A DNA stretch of 64,000 nucleotides from NCBI GenBank assembly GCA_032128875.1, contig JAVLKG010000002.1:128001-192000 (forward strand), in the 5' to 3' direction. Numbering within the stretch: position 1 is the stretch's first letter; each line of letters opens with the position of its first letter. Positions 38,900 through 47,822 of the stretch are shown here, one piece after another. A program made the position numbers and the translations under genes. The stretch comes from Candidatus Melainabacteria bacterium 17Bon1m (GTDB lineage Bacteria; Cyanobacteriota; Vampirovibrionia; Obscuribacterales; Obscuribacteraceae). The notes below the pieces were generated by a model that was given only the letters and a program-made list of their open reading frames with translations, was not told the origin of the DNA and made no database searches.

Positions 38900-39370
38900 G
38901 AAACCGTCGCGCTGCAGGTCTGTTGGTCGGCTGCACCTTTTAGACTGTATTTATGCGCCGGGGAAGCCTGGTTCTTTCAAGGAGACCGGTCCGCTCAGCG
39001 CAAGCACTAGTAAGTTAAGCACGAAGCGACGTGTGGCAGATTTAAGACTCAGGAGCGAGAGTAATTTTGCATACAGTCAACTCAATCTATCCTGTAGTAA
39101 GTTTCTTTGCTAAGCGCGGTTTATTAACCGTACCAAGAGCCACTGTTTCTGCGGTTTGGTGGAACACTGGAAGTACTGTCGCCGATCTACCAATTGGATT
39201 AAACCAGGTATCACGGGCGGTGCTTACCGTATTTTGGGTAGCGGTTTGTAGCGCAGTTCTTTTAGTAACTTACACACTCATCAGCGCCATTTGTTTCGCG
39301 GAGTTGTTGAAGAATATTTCGAGCAAGCAGGCTGGTACCTGGCGGTCTCACTAAATCCTATTGAGAGGAT
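38900..39370 (+). ncRNA. Candidate structured RNA, possibly a structured mRNA for a 44-aa TM peptide (39220-39354)
   Basis: Long-range stems GACTGTAT/ATACAGTC (38943/39071) and GTAAG..TTGCTAA / TTAGTAACTTAC (39097-39113 / 39262-39273); G-U pairs favour +. Confidence 0.35.
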
Positions 39371-39433
39371 AGTGTGGGGGCGAGATACATCTCGCCCGGC
39401 ATCTGCTAGTCGCCGACGCACCAGAAAAAGGTC

Positions 39434-39569
39434 GCATGCAATGCGACCCCACAGAAAGCTGTGAGCATGTAATGCGACCCCACAGAAAGCCGTGAGCATG
39501 CAATGCGACCCCACAGAAAGCCGCGAGCATGCAATGCGACCCCACAGAAAGCTGTGAGCATGCAATGCG
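39434..39569. repeat. Tandem array of 31-bp REP-derived units (4 plus a partial), no spacers
   Basis: GCATGCAATGCGACCCCACAGAAAGCTGTGA-like units at 39434, 39465, 39496, 39527, partial at 39558. Confidence 0.9.
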
Positions 39570-39610
39570 CCGTTACAAAAACGGGCGTGTGCAACACGCC
39601 CCCACGCTTT

Positions 39611-40624
39611 TTACCAAACGCCCATAACAGAGCTGGCTGCCGGCGCAGTCATTGCGACGAATCCGCCCTGTTGCGTGCGAGCTTTGTCCATGCGCAGCTG
39701 ATCGAGCTTGCGGTACATCAATTGCACCGTTCCCGAATTTTTGCCGTAGGCGTTTTCGTAGATGTCGATAACGCGCTGGTAGAGAGCTTCCGCTTCCAGC
39801 TTGTTGCCTGCTTCTTCGAAGATCTCTGCCATTTTTGCGATGCAGCTTGCGACGCTCAATCCTTGCGGACCGTGCACTGCTTCGAGAATGATTACTTGGC
39901 GTTTCAGTATTTCCGTCGCCTTGTCGAAATTGCGGAGAGCCTGATAAACACGGGCAAGTTCAGTCAATGTGTTGTTGGTTTCAACCGCAAAAGGACCATA
40001 CGCAGCTTCTTCCACAGCAAGCGCGCGTTCGTACAACGGCAATGCCGCCATGTAATCGCCTTGACGTGAATAGCACTCAGCGAGCCGGTTTAGCGCGAAC
40101 ACCATGGAGATATTATCAGCGCCGACGACTTCTTCCTGCAATGTAATCAGGAAACGATACAGCGCTTCTGCGGCGTTTTGTTTGCCGATCTTCTCGTATA
40201 CGTTTGCTACTTGCTCGACTGTTTTGTTGTAGAGCTCATCTACCGGTGATGTGGTCAAAGACCGCACGCGAAGTAGTGTTTCGGCGAACTCTTCAGCTAG
40301 CTGGTAGCGTCCAAAATTCGTGTAGAAAGTGCAAATATCTTCGAGGCACTTTTCTGTCTCGGGATGCTCTTCACCCAGTGTCGTCATCTTCATGTCGAGC
40401 GCGGATAGGAAGAGTCGCTCTGCATCAGCATTGCGGCCCTGCTCGAGAAAGCGCTGCGCCATCACTGCGGGATCAACGCTGATTTCGACGGTTTCTTTAC
40501 TGTAGTAATTATCGTTCTCGGTGCTCGTTATCTTCGGCTCGTGGCGTTTGTGCCGCGAATGCTGGCGAGCGGGGGCGTTTGTGAGCATCGCCTGGGGGCC
40601 TCTTATGGGGCGTGAGTATTCCAA
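39611..40624 (-). CDS. TPR protein (kinesin-light-chain-like repeats)
   Basis: LGEEHPET, ALNRLAECY, LYERALAV, HGPQ repeats. Confidence 0.85.
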   Translation of the reverse strand: MEYSRPIRGPQAMLTNAPARQHSRHKRHEPKITSTENDNYYSKETVEISVDPAVMAQRFLEQGRNADAERLFLSALDMKMTTLGEEHPETEKCLEDICTFYTNFGRYQLAEEFAETLLRVRSLTTSPVDELYNKTVEQVANVYEKIGKQNAAEALYRFLITLQEEVVGADNISMVFALNRLAECYSRQGDYMAALPLYERALAVEEAAYGPFAVETNNTLTELARVYQALRNFDKATEILKRQVIILEAVHGPQGLSVASCIAKMAEIFEEAGNKLEAEALYQRVIDIYENAYGKNSGTVQLMYRKLDQLRMDKARTQQGGFVAMTAPAASSVMGVW

Positions 40625-41296
40625 TGTTTCACCTATTTATTTGGAGAAACCCGGAACTGCGCTTGAATGGAAGTTTGAATAGCGCAGTTCAATGATATGC
40701 AGGAGTCAGCCTAATGACAAGTATGTCCAACGCGTATATCGTGGGAAAAACCGCATGAAAAGCCTGACTCCATCAGTTCTATGACAACGTAATATATGAT
40801 CATTACTTCTAGGTAATATGGGAAAAAAGAGTAGTTTTTAAGTTACTCGAGCTAACGATTACCTAGCGGGCAAATTTCACACGTTGCTGGACGACCAACC
40901 TTTCGGAAGAGCCATCAACAAAGTCATTCGCAAGATCTCAACTATATGTAGTACACGCCATACGTACAAAAGTTTTGATCGATCCAAATAAAATTGCGCG
41001 CCAATAGGGACGCTTGATGATTCCCCGAACGCGCCGCCAGAGCGCAATACCTGGTGTCGTGGGCAGCGATAGCCCTCGATCATCCCCAACGCCAGCCTTA
41101 AAAAACTGACCTTGGTGTGACGCGGTAACAGGTCAACGGTTCCCGCCGGTTTCCTAAAACTTTCACGCCCGCCTAAAGCAGTTCTAAGCAAGCGTTAAAC
41201 CAGTTATGTGGACAGCTGTCCCGCGGCAGGCATATCATTGAGGTCGCCTGTTGAAAACCAGGCGATGGCACCCATGGATTTATTCCAAAGTAAAAC

Positions 41297-42568
41297 GTGA
41301 GTACCGAAGACAAACTGGCAGCGCCAGTCCAACCAAAGAAAACCCGTTTTCCCGGCGGCCGATTCGGCTTGTCGGTGTTTGGTTTTGCGGCGGTAAACGC
41401 GGCGATAGTAGCCTCGGTCGTGGCTTCCAGCGGCACGATGCCGGGCGGGTCCATCTCTGAAGATGTGCTCTCCAACAACCTCAAGCAAAGCCCTTCGTTC
41501 GGAACCTGGAGCTGGTGGGCCGCTCACGCATATTTTGGCGAGAAGAAAGCTCCGGATGTAGTGATGATGGGCAGCTCGCTGGTTAATTCAGCCTGCTGGT
41601 CTGCCGACGCCACTACTACATACAAGGATATTGATTGCGCGCTTCACCATCGCGTCCACACGATGGAGAAATTGCTCAAAGAGCGTCTGCCCGGAGAGGA
41701 GCCGACCGTGCTCAATGTCTCGGTGCAAGGTGCAGGCGCGTGTGACTATTACATGATGACGCGCGGATTGATGGAAGGCGCGCGCAAGCCAAAAGTGCTT
41801 GTGGTCGGCATAGCGCCGCGCGATTTTATCGACAACAAGATTCATAACTTGGGTGACACCGAACCTTTCATGTTCCACCAGCGCTATGTTGAGTTCGATG
41901 AAACGGTCGCAAAGGCATATTCAGACCCGTTTGCACGCGCTATGGGCGAACTCGAATGGAAAATAGGCCGATTGCCGTTGCGTCGTCTGCATGCAGGCGT
42001 TGCAAGTTATTTCACGGACGGCACTGGTGCCGAAGGTACTCGCAGAAAAGAAGCAGGAGACGAGCTTCGTCATGCTCTTTCCGCGTCGTCGCAGAGAATT
42101 TTCCCGGGCGACCTTGTGGTGCCCAAAGTGTTGCAGGACGCATTTTTTGACAACACTGCCGAATACGCGAGCAGATATAAAAATCCGCATCCCAAGCAAT
42201 TTACGACGCAGCTCTTCTTTTTTGAGGAGATGTTGAAGCGCATGAAAGCTCAAAATATTCACGTGCTCGTTGTTGATATGCCGACATTGAAACGGAATCG
42301 CGATATGTTGCCGCCTGCGTTTTGGAGCAACTATAAGTTGCGAATCAAGGAGCTTTGCGCGCGCCAGAATGCTGACTATCTTTATCTCTCCGATAGTCCT
42401 GATTTTGTCCAACGTGACTTCGTTGATAACGTCCACGTCAGTTATCGCGGTGCCACGAAAGTACTTGAAAAGATAGCAGCCGAAATAGCCGGCAATCCTG
42501 CTCTTGCCTCTGCGATGGAAGGCAAAGAACAGATGATTAGCGCGAAAAAGTCATCGTCGATTGATTAA
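41297..42568 (+). CDS. SGNH-like (DUF1574-type) protein
   Basis: MGSSL, GIAPRDF, FVDNVHVS; paralogous to 21949..23172. Confidence 0.7.
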   Translation: MSTEDKLAAPVQPKKTRFPGGRFGLSVFGFAAVNAAIVASVVASSGTMPGGSISEDVLSNNLKQSPSFGTWSWWAAHAYFGEKKAPDVVMMGSSLVNSACWSADATTTYKDIDCALHHRVHTMEKLLKERLPGEEPTVLNVSVQGAGACDYYMMTRGLMEGARKPKVLVVGIAPRDFIDNKIHNLGDTEPFMFHQRYVEFDETVAKAYSDPFARAMGELEWKIGRLPLRRLHAGVASYFTDGTGAEGTRRKEAGDELRHALSASSQRIFPGDLVVPKVLQDAFFDNTAEYASRYKNPHPKQFTTQLFFFEEMLKRMKAQNIHVLVVDMPTLKRNRDMLPPAFWSNYKLRIKELCARQNADYLYLSDSPDFVQRDFVDNVHVSYRGATKVLEKIAAEIAGNPALASAMEGKEQMISAKKSSSID

Positions 42569-42750
42569 GTTCGGCGCAAGAATTTTGACGAAAAACTAAA
42601 TTTGTCCAGCTTCCAGGCTACGGAACTTTCGCGCATCGCGTAAGTCCTTTAGTCCACGATTGGCTACAGTCCAGGGATCAACTTAAGGCATGAAATTCGG
42701 AAATCTGAAAAACGAAAAGCTCTTCCACGACTGGGTTGCTCGAGGTTTGG

Positions 42751-43050
42751 ATGAAATTTAGACTTTTCATTTGTGGTGAAAATACATCATCAAATCTGGC
42801 GGTACAAAATGCGCGCCGGCTGATTCAAGGACTGAATGGAAACGGTCATGATCTTGAGATCATCGACGTTCTGGAAAATCCAGAAATAGCAGAAGAAGCT
42901 CGCATTCTGGCGACGCCCACTCTTTTAAAGGAAGACCCCGCACCCCTGCGAATGCTGGTTGGTGATCTTTCTGATTTGACACGGGTTCGCTCCATTCTCC
43001 AGTTGCCTGCAGAGGTCGAACACGAAAAAAATGACGGAGGTCATCAATGA
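42751..43050 (+). CDS. kaiB: KaiB-family protein
   Basis: RLFICG, LEIIDVLENPEIAEEARILATPTLLK..P.P...VGDLSD. Confidence 0.92.
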   Translation: MKFRLFICGENTSSNLAVQNARRLIQGLNGNGHDLEIIDVLENPEIAEEARILATPTLLKEDPAPLRMLVGDLSDLTRVRSILQLPAEVEHEKNDGGHQ

Positions 43051-44564
43051 CAATCGCGCTCGAAAGAATTATTACTGGCATCGAGGGGCTCGATGCAATA
43101 TTAGAGGGCGGTTTGACGCGTAACAGAGCTACTCTCGTTGCCGGCACCTCTGGAAGTGCAAAGACGGTTCTTGCTGTTCAGTTTTTGGCTGAGGGAATAA
43201 CGAAATTCGATGAGCCTGGAGTTTTCGTAACCCTTGAAGAATCTCCGGATGATCTTCGGAAAAATATGATCGGCTTTGGATGGGATATCGAGAAGTGGGA
43301 ACGTGAGGGAAAGTGGGCTTTTGTTGACGCTTCTCCGCGCGGGCGAGAGCAGCCTATCGTCGCTGGCGAATTCGACTTCGGCGCGTTGATTGCGAGAGTG
43401 AAAAACGCCGCAGGTAAAGTTAAGGCTAAAAGAGCATCTATAGATACGCTTGCCGCAGTTTTTCTAACCTACAAAGATGTCGATATCGTAAGAAGAGAAT
43501 TACTCCTTCTTACTGAAGCCCTGAAAGAATTGAAAATCACATCTTTAATTACTGTTGAGAGATTGCACGAATACGGCGAGATTAGCCGCTTTGGCGTGGA
43601 GGAGTTCGTCACGGATAACGTGATTGTGTTGAGAAATCCAATGGAACGCGAAAGAAGGCGTCGAACAATTGAAGTTCTAAAACTGCGCGGTGCCAATCAC
43701 AACAAAGGCGAATTTCCATTTTGTGTGACTACTGGTAGAGGCATTGCGGCAATCCCGCTTTCTGCCATTGAACTCAAACAGCACTCCTCAAATATTCGAG
43801 TAACTTCTGGCAATGACATTCTCGACAGAATGTGCAATGGAGGAGTGTTTAGAGACTCGGTAATTCTTGTATCCGGAGCGACGGGCACAGGAAAGACTTT
43901 GCTGTCGACGCAATTCTTGAATGGTGGCGCTGCGAAAAATGAGCGCTGCTTGCTCTTAGCATTTGAAGAAAGTCGTGAACAACTTTTCCGAAATGCGCAG
44001 GGATGGGGCGTCGACTTCGCAGGATTGGAGAAGGCTGGACTTCTAAAAGTAATTTGTATGTACCCTGAAGTTCGCGGACTTGAAGATCATTTGTTGGCAA
44101 TGCGAATGGCCATTGAAGAGTTTAAGCCTAAGAGAGTAGCCGTAGACAGCCTTTCTGCGCTGGAAAGAGCTGGGCATCCTCGTGGGTTTAGAGAACTAAT
44201 AATTGGTTTGACATCGTTTATCAAAACCAAGGAAATTACCGGCTTGTTTACTGCGACGACATCAACACTTGTTGGTGGCGCATCAATTACTGAGACACAT
44301 ATTTCGACAATCACCGACACAATCATTTTGCTTCGATATGTTGAATTATTTGGTGAAATCAAACGCGGTATCACTGTTTTGAAAATGCGTGGGTCAAAAC
44401 ACGAGAGAGAAATTCGCGAAATGCTCATCGATGAGCATGGCATGCACATTAAAGAACCGTTCAGGCGACTAGCGGGTGTTTTGAGTGGTAATCCTCAAGT
44501 ATTATCAGAACCCTTCAGCCCTGACGGAGATTCGCATGCGGAGGCATATTCAGAAGATGGATAA
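43047..44564 (+). CDS. kaiC: Double-domain KaiC ATPase/kinase
   Basis: CI GTSGSAKT, CII GATGTGKT, EES in both halves, SITETHISTITDT phosphosite motif, KMRGSKH. Confidence 0.95.
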   Translation: MTIALERIITGIEGLDAILEGGLTRNRATLVAGTSGSAKTVLAVQFLAEGITKFDEPGVFVTLEESPDDLRKNMIGFGWDIEKWEREGKWAFVDASPRGREQPIVAGEFDFGALIARVKNAAGKVKAKRASIDTLAAVFLTYKDVDIVRRELLLLTEALKELKITSLITVERLHEYGEISRFGVEEFVTDNVIVLRNPMERERRRRTIEVLKLRGANHNKGEFPFCVTTGRGIAAIPLSAIELKQHSSNIRVTSGNDILDRMCNGGVFRDSVILVSGATGTGKTLLSTQFLNGGAAKNERCLLLAFEESREQLFRNAQGWGVDFAGLEKAGLLKVICMYPEVRGLEDHLLAMRMAIEEFKPKRVAVDSLSALERAGHPRGFRELIIGLTSFIKTKEITGLFTATTSTLVGGASITETHISTITDTIILLRYVELFGEIKRGITVLKMRGSKHEREIREMLIDEHGMHIKEPFRRLAGVLSGNPQVLSEPFSPDGDSHAEAYSEDG

Positions 44565-45690
44565 GTCGCTGTCACGGTCGAATCGAAAATTGCTTTCGAC
44601 CGGGAAGAATCTTCTTCGTATTCTAAATTCCACTGCCGACGGGATCATGATCCTCGACGCTACTGGACATGTCCTTTTCGCAAACAAAGCTGCGAATGAA
44701 TTGTTTTGCAAGAGTGACGAAGATCTCACCGGCACAATGTTCGGCTCACCAATTGCAGACGGGCACAAGACTGAACTGCAATTGCTCAGCGAAAACGGTG
44801 TGCGTACAGTTGAGATGCATGTTAGTTCTTTGGAATACGAAAACGCTGCGGCGGTCGTTTGTCTGCGCGACATTACTAATCACATCGACATGCAAGAAAC
44901 TCTCAAAGAACGCAATGAAGTTTTGTCCAAACTCAATGAAGATCTTGTGAGAGCGCGAGATGAGGCATTAAAGCAAACGAAATTGAAGGGGCAATTCGTC
45001 GCCAATATCAGCCACGAAATTAGGACACCTCTTACTGGCATAGCAGGTTTAGCTGATATTTTATTGAACGATTGCGAGTTGGATGAAGAAGCGAGTGAAA
45101 ATGTGAGACTGATTCTTCAGTCATCGAATCAATTATTGTTGATAGTCAACGACATCCTCGACTTCTCCAAGTTGGAGGCTGGACACATAGCGCTCAGCGA
45201 AGGTGAATTCAGGCTTGACTGCTTACTCGACGAAGTAAAGGACGCTGTCCTGCCTGCCACGTATCAAAAAGACGTGACGGTAACAACTAAGGTTGATGGA
45301 GAACTTCCTGTAAGTGTAGTTGGAGATTGTCAAAAACTGCGCCAATCGCTCTTGAATCTCGCGCACAATGCGGTGAAGTTTACCCCCAATGGATTTGTCA
45401 AAATCGCAGCAGAACAACTGCACGCGCAAGATCATACCGTTGGTGTGAAATTCAGCGTTGAGGATTCCGGCATCGGTATTTCAAAGTCAGCGTGCGACAA
45501 AATATTCGAGCCGTTTGTTCAGGCCGACGGTTCTACCACTCGCGATTATGGTGGCACCGGATTAGGACTCTCCATCACAAAGCACTTCATTGAAATGATG
45601 AAAGGCGAATTGCGAGTTGATTCCAAACCTGGAGATGGCTCAACCTTCTGGTTCGAAATCGATCTCAAAGTCCCGCCGGACGCCGCATGA
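44557..45690 (+). CDS. PAS-domain histidine kinase without a receiver domain
   Basis: PAS (DATGHVLFANKAA), H-box SHEIRTPL, NAVKFT, DSGIG, GGTGLGL; start overlaps the kaiC stop. Confidence 0.92.
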   Translation: MDKSLSRSNRKLLSTGKNLLRILNSTADGIMILDATGHVLFANKAANELFCKSDEDLTGTMFGSPIADGHKTELQLLSENGVRTVEMHVSSLEYENAAAVVCLRDITNHIDMQETLKERNEVLSKLNEDLVRARDEALKQTKLKGQFVANISHEIRTPLTGIAGLADILLNDCELDEEASENVRLILQSSNQLLLIVNDILDFSKLEAGHIALSEGEFRLDCLLDEVKDAVLPATYQKDVTVTTKVDGELPVSVVGDCQKLRQSLLNLAHNAVKFTPNGFVKIAAEQLHAQDHTVGVKFSVEDSGIGISKSACDKIFEPFVQADGSTTRDYGGTGLGLSITKHFIEMMKGELRVDSKPGDGSTFWFEIDLKVPPDAA

Positions 45691-45691
45691 G

Positions 45692-45797
45692 CGTGGGGGC
45701 GTGTTGCACACGCCCGCTTATTTATAGGGGTGACGGAGCGTGGGGGCGTGTTGCACACGCCCGCTTTAACGACCGGAGCGCTGGCTTCCAGCCGGCT
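45692..45797. repeat. REP cluster between convergent genes
   Basis: Two GTGGGGGCGTGTTGCACACGCCC copies and CGGAGCGCTGGCTTCCAGCCGGC. Confidence 0.85.
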
Positions 45798-45808
45798 TTT
45801 GAGATTCC

Positions 45809-47713
45809 TTACCGCCTGTTGTACTTTACGGTATATCCGCGGTTGCTTCCCTGTGGCGTAACCTTGAACTCCGTTTCCGAAACTCGTTGAACTGTATAGC
45901 TATGGAACTGCGGCGCAGAACCTCTGTACATCTGAATCTGCGAAGCTAGGTTCGAACCGTCCATGTCGTGGTTGCTGAAGTAGACGGCGTCTTTTCTACC
46001 TTGTGCGTTGCGCTCAAAGTTCGCCAGTTGCGGTGGGCATTTCGGACACCACGTGGCTCCCCATGCGGCCTTTAACACCAGACCTTCATCCGCAGCTTTA
46101 GCGAGAGCATTGAACTCATCTTGAGTGGTGTTGCCGTCATGACCAGCGCGCACCAAGTTCGGAATTTCAGGATGCTTAACTTGTTCTGGCTTCGCAGGCG
46201 GTTTTACTTCCGGTTTTACCTGAGGTTTTACTTCAGGTTTAACTTGCGGTCTTACTTCTGGTTTTACTTGCGGGCTTACTTCTGGGCGCACCGGTGGCTG
46301 AACCGGCGGTTTTACCTCCGGCCTGACTTGCGGCTGTACCTGTGGTTTTACCTCAGGCTTAATCGCGGGTCTGACATCAGGTTTGATAGGCGGGCGTCCA
46401 TTATTTGGATTCTGCCGATCCGTGGCTTGGGACGGAGAAACTCTATCCGCTGGGGTTTGCTTGGGTTTACCATCCGGACCGACATCTTGTTGTTGACCAG
46501 GTCCAACTGGACCGATCTTGTTCAATTCATGTTGCGCCACTCGCTTCGCAAACGTATTCTCGGTTTGCGGCGTGTATCCTGCGTCGCGCAATCTATTGCG
46601 GAAGGCAGGGTCCATGTACATGTTTGGATTTCTATCTCCAGCGGACATCAGCCATTGTTCGCCGATATCTTTATAGTTTTGATTCCACTTCATGCACGCA
46701 AAGCCAAATTCCATGCGCGTTTTCCACGCGGCATCTTGCAGCTTCTGCATCTGGTCGATTTGCGTTTGCAGTTCTTTTATTTTGGTCTGATCGCCGGTTC
46801 CTTCAGCGACCTTCTTCGCATCTTGGACTTTGGCGATGTCGGCCTTCAGCGCATTCTGATCAACTTTGTCTGCCGCACGAATTGCTTGTATATAGGCTTT
46901 CTCGCCTTCGCGCCAGTCCTTTGCGTTTTTACCCGCCTCAAGACCACTATCAATGTCCTTGAGCAATTCTGCGTTGTTTTTCTCTGCAGGCTTTGCCTTC
47001 TCCTGCGCATCAGCTTTCGGCGCGGTGCCGTCGCCCGCATCAGAAGGTTTGACGTTGAACTGGCGCCCTTTCATTGCGTCTTGTCCATACTTCACATGCT
47101 GTGAGAGCATGCCTTGTATTTGTTCTCTTCCGCCCCAAGTTGACATCATGGCTGGCTCAGGAACAGGATTTCCAGCAGCATCAGGCTTCTGAGTAAAGAC
47201 AATTGTGTGCGCTAAATTATGCCCGCGCACGTTTGCGTCGACGAATTTCGCCAGACCCGAATTCGGATTTTGCGCAACACGGTCCATATCTATATAGACG
47301 TAAGTCGCATCGGCTGCACCATTTTTCGCTGCTGCCGCAACGGTGTTGAGCAACTTCTGCGTGTCGGGCGTATCTTTGGAGCCAAAGACTGCGACTACCG
47401 GCTGACCTTTTGCGGCGGCATCTTTCAGCGCCTGGTCGTAATTCTGATCAGTATATTTGCACGCACCCTTTACTGCGGTGTCGTACTGTTCGGGCGTGCC
47501 GAACGCATTGGCTTCCGGAATAATTACGCCAGTATCGCCACCGGCGACGTCACCACAACCACCGCGTGTACCGCGCCTGCAGGAGTTGTTGTATGCCATT
47601 TGGTCGGCATTTGACGGGTAAAAATTGCTGTTATCGCAAGTTTGACCGCCGTTGGACGGATAGCATTCTTGCGGTTGGTAAGTCTGACAAGGCGAACAAC
47701 GACCTCTGCCCAT
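45809..47713 (-). CDS. Protein with Cys-rich N-terminus, degenerate thioredoxin-like domain, PEVK/PQVK linker and C-terminal CXXC thioredoxin-like domain
   Basis: GAGG RBS before ATG 47713; DQALKDAAAKGQPVVAVFGSKDTPD; repeated (K/R)P(E/Q)V; WGATWCPKC. Confidence 0.7.
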   Translation of the reverse strand: MGRGRCSPCQTYQPQECYPSNGGQTCDNSNFYPSNADQMAYNNSCRRGTRGGCGDVAGGDTGVIIPEANAFGTPEQYDTAVKGACKYTDQNYDQALKDAAAKGQPVVAVFGSKDTPDTQKLLNTVAAAAKNGAADATYVYIDMDRVAQNPNSGLAKFVDANVRGHNLAHTIVFTQKPDAAGNPVPEPAMMSTWGGREQIQGMLSQHVKYGQDAMKGRQFNVKPSDAGDGTAPKADAQEKAKPAEKNNAELLKDIDSGLEAGKNAKDWREGEKAYIQAIRAADKVDQNALKADIAKVQDAKKVAEGTGDQTKIKELQTQIDQMQKLQDAAWKTRMEFGFACMKWNQNYKDIGEQWLMSAGDRNPNMYMDPAFRNRLRDAGYTPQTENTFAKRVAQHELNKIGPVGPGQQQDVGPDGKPKQTPADRVSPSQATDRQNPNNGRPPIKPDVRPAIKPEVKPQVQPQVRPEVKPPVQPPVRPEVSPQVKPEVRPQVKPEVKPQVKPEVKPPAKPEQVKHPEIPNLVRAGHDGNTTQDEFNALAKAADEGLVLKAAWGATWCPKCPPQLANFERNAQGRKDAVYFSNHDMDGSNLASQIQMYRGSAPQFHSYTVQRVSETEFKVTPQGSNRGYTVKYNRR

Positions 47714-47822
47714 TTTGGTGGTCCTCTTGAAGCGAGAATGGGGGTGTGAATTAACCTTAATGAAGAGAGTTTGCAATTTTGTTGCAGCGTCCGTCCGACA
47801 AGGGAAACCGGCAATAGGTAGC

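Noticed and set aside
39434-39569. CRISPR array (31-bp repeats)
   Set aside because: Units are contiguous with no unique spacers, derive from a REP, and no cas genes are in the window
42570-42750. kaiA upstream of kaiB
   Set aside because: Only about 180 bp of non-coding DNA; no KaiA-like ORF in the window
46121-47104. 327-aa plus-strand ORF
   Set aside because: Antisense shadow of the PEVK-repeat gene; its F/Y/R/L periodicity mirrors the repeat
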